A stretch of 61,753 bases of DNA from Trichoplax sp. H2 (Eukaryota), in assembly GCA_003344405.1 (NCBI GenBank), contig NOWV01000212.1:62001-123753 (forward strand). Direction: 5' to 3'. Positions 39,800-51,900 of the stretch are shown here, piece by piece; position 1 is the stretch's first letter; every line of letters starts with the position of its first letter. The notes below the pieces were generated by a model that worked only from the letters and a program-made list of their open reading frames with translations, made no database searches and was not told the DNA's origin. Position numbers and translations under genes: made by a program.

Positions 39800-40480
39800 A
39801 ATATATATAATGAAAAATATCAAGCACGATGGAAGTAAGCTTCTCTTAAACTAAAACAATTTGCGTTCATAAACGCAGTATAAGTAATTCCAATTGTATT
39901 TTTAAATGATAACTACAAATTCAATTTTATAAGTAAATCTGCTATATAATATCTATCGTGATGGGAAGTAAATTAATCTTCTATCAAGACAATATCCGTT
40001 CATAGAGGCAACATCAATGCCACAAGTTGTATCGGAATAATATTTAATGGATAAATTTTATAAGTGTAGATGCCGAATAATTTCTAGCATAATAGGAATT
40101 AAATTACTCTTCAGCAAAACCTACATGCATTCATAGCTGCAACATAAATAATATGAGTTGTATCTAAATGGCATTCAATATTAAAATTAAACGAGTATGT
40201 TTGCTGAATAATATTGAACATGACAGAAAGAGTGTGACTGTTACATTAAAATTGCATGAAGTTTATAGTCGGAGCATATTTATCAATTTGAAACATGATG
40301 GAAAGTGAATTACTCTTCAACCAAAGAAATTTAACAAAAGTATTATACGTACACAGATACAGTATAATCTACTGTAGCTGTATCTAAGTGATTGATGTTT
40401 AATGATTTAAATTGGACGAATACACAAACTGAATAATATTTAACACGATGGGAAATGAAAAACCAAAACGAAAAGTACTC
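39800..40480. repeat. Degenerate tandem repeat, ~130 bp units
   Basis: ca(c/t)gatgg.aagt.aatta.tcttc recurs at ~39825, 39957, 40089, 40219, 40294 and 40444. Confidence 0.6.
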
Positions 40481-40739
40481 AGCTCTTCATAGACGTTGTT
40501 GAATCACTCTACTCTTGCAGGGTTTAAATGTTCACTTCTAAAATTGTACATTCATTTTCTTCACTGGCACTCCCTATAGACTGAACACTGGAAGCTTCAA
40601 GCTTAGGAAATTTAAGCAATATTGCCTTTTAATCAAATCGTTTTGCGCGTGCTTTGGTAAGCTAATTAGAGAAAAGAGTGCTGATTAAGTAATGTTTTGA
40701 TTGACATAATAAATTCTACTCGTTCAAGTGTTCGAGTAA

Positions 40740-41040
40740 TAAACGATGCTGTTGAGATTAAAAATGGTGTTGATCTGATTGTATCACGTTAGAGATTTGT
40801 TCAACTTTAATAACTCTAATTTAGACTGTAAGTTCCTCTCCGATAAGAGTCCACTAAATAACCAATGCTGTTAAGGTTAAAAGATGCGATGACCTAATTA
40901 AAGCATGTCATGTTAAAGACTTGTTCAACTTTAATAACATTGATTTCGGATACAAGTTCTTCTCTAATTAATTTCAGATTAATACCTAACTTTGTCACGT
41001 AAGAGATTTACACGACTTTAATAACTCTAATTTCAAGTTA
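40740..41040. repeat. Short degenerate repeat x3
   Basis: tca(c/t)gt.a.aga.tt..(t/a)c.actttaataac at ~40785, ~40908 and ~40995. Confidence 0.6.
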
Positions 41041-42797
41041 TTCAATTGCGAGCCTTAGGGATATGAAATTAATTTACTACAGATAGCTAATTTAACTAGA
41101 CAAGACCCTAATTAAATACACCATTGTAATAGCATAGCAGGTTTCCATAGAGAACTTAAATTGCAAATTCTTAATCGAAACAGAACAGTACACTGTTATT
41201 TTGGATTTTCAAAGCTATGAAAGATTATAATAATTGGGCAACGATGGCATCAGTTTTAGTTACTTATAGTCTATCACACAGATCTTTTGCTACAGCTTTG
41301 ATTCTATGCAAAATTTTTTGTTTTGATACCCAGTTCGGATGTTAATATTTTTCTTCAAAAGGAATCAGAATTTCGAACCATTTCAATATGATCTATAAAC
41401 CTGCATTTCTAATGCTACACAAACATAGCACTAGTATGGTAGATACGTAGAAGATGATGGTATATCATTCTGCATTGAGAAATTTCAATGTTTGCAGTAA
41501 TTCATTGCCTGCCAATGCGTTAAATAAATTGAATGTATTTTTACGCTCAAGCAAAAATGGCCTACTATTATCATTAAGCCAACCTTGTTTGCAACGTTTC
41601 AACTATAAAATAACCTGATGTTGTTCATTTTTGACATTAAAAAAAAATGCTTATTTTAATATCTACTGATGAAAAACTTTATATTCTATTCTTTATTTAT
41701 ATATAGAGTAATTTTGCATTCAATACCACCTCTATAATTCATCACATTGAATAATTCTGTGCGGTATGGAACCTTATTTTGTGGCTATTATTTATCCTGT
41801 TAAATCCTTATCATAGATTTCTGACAGAATCGCCTAACGGCGGATTACCTTGCTTATTGATTTTAAATGGCCCAATGAATGCAGTGGTTGTAACAAAACT
41901 GCCTCACAAAACATTCCATCAAATCTAGTCTAATTCTCGTATAATAATAGTCTCAAGCGGATAGACTTAACATAAAAGGTTTTACTATGACAGAGTTAAG
42001 AATAGTGGAGTGAGGCAGAATGGGCTAAGGTAAAATGAATAGTTCCCCATTCGATAGACATCATCGAAAACAAATATCAATTGGATTGAAAGGCTGATGG
42101 ATAGTATTTATCGACAGATCAGCAACAATTAACAGAATGCAAGCCGTAAAGCCATCAATAATTGTAATTGAAGTTAAGCTTTTATTTTTTAAAACCTGAC
42201 TTGAATAAACGGCCACACTATCATTTCAGGTTCTAAATCTAGGATTACGATTAAAATATTTTATAAAATGCTAACATTAAAGGAGGAATGGGTAAAAAAT
42301 GATGGATTAATAATCAGTAGGAACTGAAGCTGTAAAAGCATCAACAACTGAAATTCAGCTTTTCGATTTTACTTTAACGCATGACTCGGATAAAAGGCCA
42401 CATCATCATTTTTCGAGATTATATATTTCCAATCACCAGTAAACTACTTCGAATAGGTTACCATTAAAGGGAATAGGCAAATAATAGACCGTCAGAGTAA
42501 TTATTTTAATTCGTCGTCTGTAACAATAAACTTTTAATATGACGATTAGAATAAGAAGGTCTTTGGAAGCTGGTAAACTATCTAAAATTAGTCAAAGCCG
42601 AAAGGCCAAGTCTCGATTTAAGTTCTATTTGGAAAGTAATCCAGCATTTTCTACGTTTACCTTTATTAGAACTACTTTATGATGGAGTAGACAGCAAAGA
42701 AATGAAAAAAAGAAGTAGGGGTGCACACACTAGTATCTAGTTCGAATTCTACCATCATGATGATGTAAATTGAAATCAAGAGCAGTTCCAAGTTCAT

Positions 42798-44276
42798 CTA
42801 CTTCCTGTCTTTGAGAGTAAGATAGATTCCTCCTTTATTTTTTAATACCCCAGCAGGAATATGCTGATACGTTGGATTGTCTGTTGATAGCTCAAATCGT
42901 TGTAATATTTTTGCTGCGATGGCCTTAAGTTCCTGCAAGGCAAAATTTTGTCCAATGCAATTTCTTGTGCCAACGGCAAATGGAAGATAACAGAATGGAT
43001 CGCGACCTTGACTATTCTCTGGTGTAAATCGTGAAGGGTCAAAATCCCATGGATTCTTCCACCATCTTGAATCATGATGATAATGATAAATGGGTAGCTC
43101 AAGGTCCATTCCTTTAGGAAATGTATAGCCGTTGACCGTCGTCTCCTCACCTAATGTCCTCCCAATAAAGGGGACAGTAGTATGCAATCGTTGTGATTCT
43201 TTAACACATAATGTCGTGTAAGAGAGGGCGGATAAATCTTCCCATCGGATATCATTCCTATCTTCAGTTACTTTTCGGATTTCTTCTTGACATTGTCGTT
43301 GACATTGAGGGTTACAAGCTAAGCTGAATAAAAGCCATGACAGCGATGTCGATGTGGTATCATGGCCAGCAAAGAGGAAAGTAATCACCTCATGGACAAT
43401 TTCATCGACAGACATGCCTGTACCATCGCTATCTTTTGCTTTTAACATAATATCCAAGAAATCGTAATGCTTCTTATTCTCATCGTCTTCTTGACCATCT
43501 AATTCAGCTTTACGTCGCAGTATAATATCACGAGCAAACTGCCGACAATAAGCGACATTACGATGAAATTTTCTTCCATTTTGGCTTAACTTATATAGAA
43601 AACTACTATGATGGAATAGATTAAATATCCTCGATTCTCCTAGGTAAGTATTTTCTCGACAAGCAATTAAGAATTGATGACGAGATCCATGAGTTTGTGT
43701 ATTTAATTCGGTAGAGCAAGTACAACGTATAATAGCATCAAAAGCACATAAACTCATATCGTCTAGGATTTCAATAGGTTTGCCATCTTTGGCTTTATCC
43801 ACCCATTTGTTGATTAAAATGTCGGCGCATTCATTAAAGACTTTCATATAAGATTTTAAAACATCGAAATGGAATGCAGGTGTTAATAATCTTCGATTCC
43901 TTGACCATTGCGGCCCATTAGCTTGTAAGATTCCTGGGCCAACCCATTCCTCAAAGAAGCTATGGATAATTGTTTCTTTACTGATACTAGGCTTGAGAAA
44001 TTGCTTAAGTAAGATAGGATTACTGATGCATAACTGGAAATTAGCTACGTTATAAAACATGGGAAACATATCTTGATATTTTTCGCATAGTTTGGAATGA
44101 GCAGGGATAAACGTTTCCAATGTGCCAATATAAGTGCCAGTCAGCCAGTGTGCATAAGGGCCGGGAACTTTGCCTAAAGCCTTCCATACGTTGGAAATAC
44201 GTGAAAAGAAGCTATAGGCAGATTTAAGTAGGAAGGCAACTGCAATAGCTATAAGTACTAGGACCAATGTATTCAT
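42798..44276 (-). CDS. Cytochrome P450, CYP4 clan (intronless, 492 aa)
   Basis: Single ORF with an N-terminal membrane anchor and PGP hinge. Motifs: WSRNRRLLTPAFHF, DFLDIML, I-helix FLFAGHDTT, K-helix ESQR, FDPSRF and heme motif FAVGTRNCIG. Confidence 0.95.
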   Translation of the reverse strand: MNTLVLVLIAIAVAFLLKSAYSFFSRISNVWKALGKVPGPYAHWLTGTYIGTLETFIPAHSKLCEKYQDMFPMFYNVANFQLCISNPILLKQFLKPSISKETIIHSFFEEWVGPGILQANGPQWSRNRRLLTPAFHFDVLKSYMKVFNECADILINKWVDKAKDGKPIEILDDMSLCAFDAIIRCTCSTELNTQTHGSRHQFLIACRENTYLGESRIFNLFHHSSFLYKLSQNGRKFHRNVAYCRQFARDIILRRKAELDGQEDDENKKHYDFLDIMLKAKDSDGTGMSVDEIVHEVITFLFAGHDTTSTSLSWLLFSLACNPQCQRQCQEEIRKVTEDRNDIRWEDLSALSYTTLCVKESQRLHTTVPFIGRTLGEETTVNGYTFPKGMDLELPIYHYHHDSRWWKNPWDFDPSRFTPENSQGRDPFCYLPFAVGTRNCIGQNFALQELKAIAAKILQRFELSTDNPTYQHIPAGVLKNKGGIYLTLKDRK

Positions 44277-45916
44277 GATAGTATCAATAAATTTGGGTAA
44301 CAGTCGGTTAGTGCTGTTTCCTTTCCAATCAAATCACAAGCTGATCTCGTAAATAGACGACAATCTTCCTCACCAATTAGTATCAAACTACCATAAAATC
44401 TTGGCTTTCTGGATCACCAACTACCAGCATCGATTATGGTGTTGATAGGACGATTGCAGGGTACTTTCCATATGTCGCATGCTTAAATAAGCGATTATGG
44501 CGTAATTCTACTGTACAATTGCAGTCAATCGAATTGTCCATCTCTCAACTTGTCAGTTGCCTATTCTTTATTTGCCTAACCAAATAAAGGTTAAGGCAGA
44601 CAAAGACATTTATTCACGCCCTCGGTAGGCCATTTAATTTATTGACCAGTAGGAGATTGCTCCCATCTAGAGGATGCACTTTTTCTCTGTCGTGTTAATG
44701 GAGGAAGTGGCTCTTCTTCTGTTATGTAAATTCCTATCCTTGATCAGTGTAATTGGCTTCCATTTGTTATCATTGCCGAATACAATCATAAGGAAATATT
44801 GCATATCAGGAAGAAGGATGATACGCCTTAGTAGCTGGGAATGACGTTTAATGATGGAAATGCTACTTTACTTTGTTCAAATGAAGGATAACACTAAGAG
44901 GAGCTTTGTGTCATGAATAACCTTATGAGAATCGATATCGACGTAATTCATGGGTGATTATGTAGTCATATACACAGTTAGGATTTGGGTGCAATGAGTT
45001 TCATAGTACTTTGATGGTTAATTAAATACGAGTTCAGTAGAAGTTTTGTGAATACATAATCAATAGCCGATTAATTTTTGTTTACAGATTAATTAGGTTA
45101 TGCTCATTATTATGCTGATTCTTATTATTAGGTAATGCTTCCCGATCAAATCACACATAAGTAGATTAATATATTAGATATGCGCTTATAATACAACATA
45201 TTGGTTATGGTAAAATGAAATACTTATTCGCAATGGATCCGAGAAACCACTAATACCCATATATGGAAGCTTATAATAGAGAATTAATTACAGGATAACC
45301 GTCAGCAAGACCAATTTAAATTAATGTATGCTTATAAATTGACATATTCAATAATTAAGCCAGTTTGCATTAACAAACTAAAAGCATAGAATGGTAGATT
45401 GATGAACTGCGTCTTGCTGCAGCATCGCAAGCAGTTACAATAGAGTTGCAATTGAAATGCTATAAGCATATAGCAGAAATAAAGATACAAAAATCGGATT
45501 GAGCGTCATTTAACGAAAATTGCATTTCTTTATTCTTATGCTAAGAACCAGAATAATTTTCAAAGTTAACTTTATTCTATTACTTAATGGGGTCAAAATA
45601 TATCACAGAGTATCAATTTCTTAAAAGCATTATAACGAATATGGACTGTAGTTAACGGCTCGTATATATAGCAAAAAATTTATTTCCACCTTAATAGCAA
45701 ATTGAACATTTTAATTAACTACGCTAATTATTCTTGTCAAATAATGAAAAATAGGCACAGCTACAGAATGACATTTACCTTCTCAATTGGAATCTGAGAA
45801 GATATCGTAATAAGTATTTCAACTACTGTATCCAATAAATGCCATCGATTAATTTTCAATCGTATTTAAAGGTCCTTAACCAAACTTACAGCGGCATAAA
45901 TATCAATCTTTTGCGA

Positions 45917-48900
45917 TTAAATAATTTGGATAACACTACAGTTTCCATCTTCTTCTTGGCACATCAACATAGTTTCAAGCTGATTCATTTTTACAGCTAT
46001 AATCTTCTTCAGTAATTTAGGGGATCGAAGTTGTAAATGTGGAATAAGCGTATTGAATTTGTAAAGGTCAATTTGAGACTTATGTTCGTCATTAACATAA
46101 GGAAAGTACTTTTTAGGCCAAAATAAATCTTTTTCTAGTATAGAGTCGTCGCTGCCTTCTATGAGCTTGCCTTGAGAGTGATCATATCCAGTGAGCTGTT
46201 CACAGTATTAAAGATGATGAATCAGTTAAGCACAATCATGGCACAAATGTTGTATTGTACACTACAGCAACTTGTCTTATTTAATGTAAGCATTATTGCG
46301 TATATGGCTTCGTTACCAGATAATGATCTCTTTCCCTCAATAAAACAAAATAATGATACTTGCTCTTGACCTCCTAAAGCAAATGGTATATAAAATTATT
46401 TACGGAATAACATTGTACATGCGATAAAATGACTGATTTGAATTCTTACGTAATTTTCTTTGAATGCCTTTCGTAGAGCCTCCAGTGATCTACTAATGTC
46501 ATATTCATCTATGTAATATCGTTCCAGTACAAATTCATCTCTACATGCCACTACGCGTTCCTGGCGTATGGTACTCTCACCTATACTTACTGTATTTTCA
46601 TATTGTAAAGCATCGTTGATTTCTTTAATTTCATCACCTTCTAATTGGTAAATCTATTAAAATAATTAAAATATTAATATCATGCTTTAGCACGTTCCAG
46701 CCGTTACTATAAATAGATTAATGTTATCTATTTGTAAACTGTACCAATATAAATTAAATATCTAAACCCAGTCTACATAATTATACATTAGTAGCTATAA
46801 AGCGGGATCTTATACCTAATCTTCTTTTATAACCGTACAGTATAGTAAGTTAGGCAAATTATAACATATCACTAGGATATATTGTTAAACGTTCTGACGT
46901 GTCTTCAGAACGATCTTAGCAGTTCATTGGGCTTGTCGCAGCTTGCTAAAGTCTATCTGTATCTTTACCTGAATATAGGCGGATAATTTAATAGGCAAAT
47001 TAACTACAGTACTTTACTTTGCAACAAATATTTTGATAATTACGAAACTTTCTTTTTGTTAATGGTTCGAAACGAATGAACACCAGAAACTACGTTTATT
47101 TCGTAGCAGCACCACTACAAGGCTTTCATACTTATTCAAATGAGCTTCAACACTCTATTTTAGTTATTACAGTACATGGCCAAAATTTCATGCAAAAAGA
47201 TCAAAGTAATAAATAGCGAGTAATTAATACTAAATATGAGCAACCTTTCAATCTGTATATAAATGTTGAATTCTGTGATCGTAAGATTACAGCATCCTTA
47301 AAATAACCGAGTACAATTCAAAGTATACCTTTTTAAATATAATTTGTAATGTTATTATAAAGTCGAGATGATTTATTACCGCAGTAGGAGTTGTCCTTAG
47401 GTTGAACCCATAGTGATAGCAAACTATAAATTCTTCACTTAGTAAGTACAAGAGAGTTCTAGAATACCGTTCTTTACTGCAATATCGAGTCGTTATGCAT
47501 CCGGTATTTGGGTCCATTGCTATGACTTTAAAATGATGGCTATCATACTAGTCAATCATAAGAAGAGAAATTTAATTACAGCAAACAATCCAATTTTGTC
47601 ATAGAATACAAAAAGATAAATTAAATGTTTAAGGCTACATCAATACCATAACAAGAAATCATTATATGTTATCGTAGCTAAGTTTACAGACTTGAAATTT
47701 ATCTTATACTTTCATTTACCTTCCCATACTGAATAAAAATCAGTCGATTTCCGCTTTTACGATAGAACGATTGAAGATTGAGGTATCGAAAATCGTCATT
47801 ATCTACTATTTCTTCGGTAGTCCAGAGGACTTTACAAGGACTGCCTAATCCTATAAGCTTAAATCCAGTAACAAGATCGTATTTGAACTGTCAATTGAAC
47901 GTTGCATGACTATAAATATTTATATCTAAGATCGTCACTGCTAAAATAATAGCCTGAACCGTATATCAATCAACATATTGTCATTTTGTTGCATAAATAT
48001 CATGACCATCATTTTTTCTTGTTATACCGCAAATGTAATTAAAATATATGCAACTGAAACAAAAAATCTGACTAAATATTTTTCTGTCAATTGCCAAAAT
48101 ATGGACTAAATTTTACTGTAATTTATGATGATCAGTAGTCTTGGTCACGTTGATGATTGCTGAACAAAAATTAAGATATAGCTAGTATGCTTTAGTACAA
48201 CTTTGATGGATAATGGCTAGTAGATAAAAGTAATCGGTTACGATATGATATAAATCATGGCAAAAATTTATGTTCATTTACTTAAAATATGAACTATGAG
48301 TAGCATTACGTAATATTTGATGAAAATACAGTAGTTTAATATGTTTCCATTACTTTATAGATCAATAATGTTCGTCTCTTTTATCAATATATAAGTTCTC
48401 AATTAAAGTAGTGTGCTAACTTTTAGTTATAAATAAGTCATAGCTATGACGGTGTCTTTGCGTATTAAATATGAGTATACCTAACGAATAGATATTATCC
48501 TATACTAATATTCAATTATATTACTACCTGTGTAACTACATGATAATGGGTCCGTATGCGACTCGGTACACAACTTCCATTTATGCAGGTATAATTATCT
48601 ATGTAGACCACAGCACCTAAGTGTTCATATACGTAAATCTTTTGTCTGTTACATACGCCAGATAAATGATTTTTAGTGTATTTTCCCAGGTTTATGAAGG
48701 ACGTTTGATCAAGCTGACGGCCATAACTAATCTGAATTAGAATCAAGTCAACAATGTTCATATTATAGAAATCACGAAATCATTCCAACTGATTAAATGC
48801 AACTTCGTAAAATAAAGGTCTCATCAACATAGAGTTACTAACTACTGTATATCATTACCTTTAAGTAAGCTGTTCCTTCAGCTGTGATGTGCCTTACAAC

Positions 48901-51900
48901 AACAGGAATACCATTAACAATGCCAAATTCACAGCTAATGACTTCGCTAGATGGAGATAAATGATCTGTGCAAGGAGCTACAGAATTCAATTAATAATAT
49001 TTACTGTTAATTCTCAGAAGATAATATTATTAGTTTATATAATAATGTCTCTTGATATTAAATGCTAACATTATCGATTATTGCTGTATGTCTTACCCGG
49101 TAAGACCATATGATAGATATTGTTACCATCATAACTGAGTAAGCCATGACCTTGATCGCAAAATTTAATTTCCTTTGTTGTTTGAACTCCCGCCACTTTG
49201 GAGATTAATTCAAATCCATTGAAATTCCGTTGGTGCAGCTAGTAAAATAAACAAAATATATGTTTGTAGTTTAAATTAAAACGTAAAGTTTGCTTTAAAT
49301 TCGATTTTTATCTAAAAAGCAATTAAATGATTAGCTAACATATTGTGGTAAATTTTAACATACCAAGACGTTGCATGATTTTGTCAGTGACACCAGTAAT
49401 TGTCCGTCCTCCGAAACATCAAATGATTGAACACTATCATCACTTAATTGAATAAACATTTCGGACCATTGCTCATAAAATTCCTTCGAAGTTTTACCAG
49501 TGCAGAATTTCGTTTTTAGAACACCAAATATACATTTAACACAGGTAGATTCGTAACTGACTGCAAAATAATCGTCATTAACATAACGTATGGCGGTTAT
49601 AACACAGTCGTTGGAGCCAGAACTATCTTGAATAGGTAAGTAAGTTCCGCTTGCAAGTCGTCCTGGTACTTTAATACTACTTTGACAACTTAGATCTGGT
49701 ACGTTCCATATCTAATAATTTATTGGAGTATTAATAGGCAATTAGATATAGGGAGTAAACTGACGAAATGATTTGCACAATTCAGAACTTATAAATTACA
49801 GATACGTAACCATCTCGATATTGACGGTAATAATCCGATCATAAAAATGTTATTTCTATACAATAGTGAATAGCACAGAGAATAACGCTATATTCATATA
49901 TCAATCTTGCTGGACTAATACTTACCCATTCTACTTATTTCTAAGATTTATTTAGGTTCTTTTGGTAATGTAAATACTGTTATTATTATAATATTGCGTA
50001 TTTGCATCTTTTCAACACAGATCTATGTTCTGATATACTTCTATTGCAATCTACATGATCCAACGTTTGAGTATAATCAAATTATAATAATTTTAAAGAG
50101 TTACTTTACTAGCGTGACCTACTTCGTAAGTAGATTATACTTTTAAAAGAAATAAATTCACCTGTAGTTGACAAACATTATAGTTTTCATCGCCTCCGAA
50201 ACATTTTGGTTTGTAGTAGGTATTTATACCTACAATCATGCTAGATGTCATAGGTATGAAATTGCAGTAATGAAGATGATCTTCTTTAAACGTTGCAGTC
50301 TTAAGACATTGGAAAATATCACCTTGTATTTCCCATAGCTATCACGATCAAATTCAAAATGAAGGTAAGCTTAGCTTTTACAAAAGAAATCTAAAATTAT
50401 TCCATTTAAGCCTAAAAGTTTTAAGGAATGGAAAGAGGATAGGAACGGAAGAAGAAATTGTTCATCTAGAGATACTTTAAACTGATTGTGAAATATTTAC
50501 TTCCATTTGGTATTTCTATAATAGTATACTGGATACCAATATTTCAATTCAACAGTCATCTTTCAGTTTTACAGGCGCCTACTTTAAAATTTGCTATCAG
50601 CTACCTTTAAATAATGAAATTATAACTTCAACACAGCCAAACTGTAGCTGACTACATAACTGTTAAACAATAACTACCATTTATTTCGTATATTTTATGC
50701 ACTTTTTTCCAGAAATTATTTTCATAACAATATAATTTAACTTAAACTTTGATTTTACTTCCCATGTCACGATTTCTATCAATGATTAGAACTAAATAAT
50801 TCACTCTCCTATACATGTAGATATAATTTTAACGAATAATATTATACCTATTACAATAATTGTGCTCGATGTTAATCTTATTGCTACGTACTTACATATA
50901 AAACTTCAAAATTAGAAGAGATGCCAGCACATAATTTTAGGTTAAAGTTTGAAAATTCTAACCGAATGCCATCAAAAGACGAAGAAATTTTGTTATTTTG
51001 ATCTCTGAACCGCATTTGAAATTTCATTTCAATATTCCATACATGAAATATTCTTGATAGATATTCACTGTCACGTCTCTTTATGCGTATAAAGAAATAA
51101 AATTGCATGAATTGAATTTCTTCCGCCAGTACTGCAGTGTAATCTTTCAATTTATTTTATATGAGCATAAGCTAAAGCTTAGTTAGTATGAAAGAGAAAC
51201 CAATGGAATGCTCTTTTATTCACTAATTAGGTATGATAGTATAACGTCAAGGAATGGGAACCACACTCAAAAATTGCATTGTTGCTTATACTTAAGAATT
51301 AATAATAACTTACTGGATTGTTACCGAAACCCATATATTTTCCGTCAGCCGAAGTCACTACACATTCACCACAGGCTACTGTAGAAAACAACACTTTTGT
51401 TGTAGCGTAGTCACAAACCTGTTAGAAAACAAGTCTTAAAATTTACTCCTAATGCTAATCGTAACAAAGCAGCTCGGCACGCTGTTCGAATATTGACATT
51501 GTTACGGATAGATCAAATTTTAATAGTAAAAAATAAAAAAACGTTTGTATGTCGCATTCCTTTTCAAAATAAGATCACTGCGTAGAAAATATCTTATCGA
51601 AGGATGATAATTTTCTATAATTTTAGATATTCTTACTTTACTTATTCAGTAAGAAAATAAGATGGAACCTACCGTTGGGGATCCATAAGACTTCATAAAT
51701 GCCACCCTTATGGGCCCATAAATAGGATTAGATAGAGCCAGATTACACGATTCCTTTTCATCGCCAAGTTGTAATGTATTTTGCCATTTACCCATGTTTT
51801 CAGTAAAACTAAATTGATAAAAATACAGTTGAATACAGTATCTTAAATTGCAGTAATCAAAGCATGTCCATCCCGGGGACCTTGCGGATAAAGTAAATAG

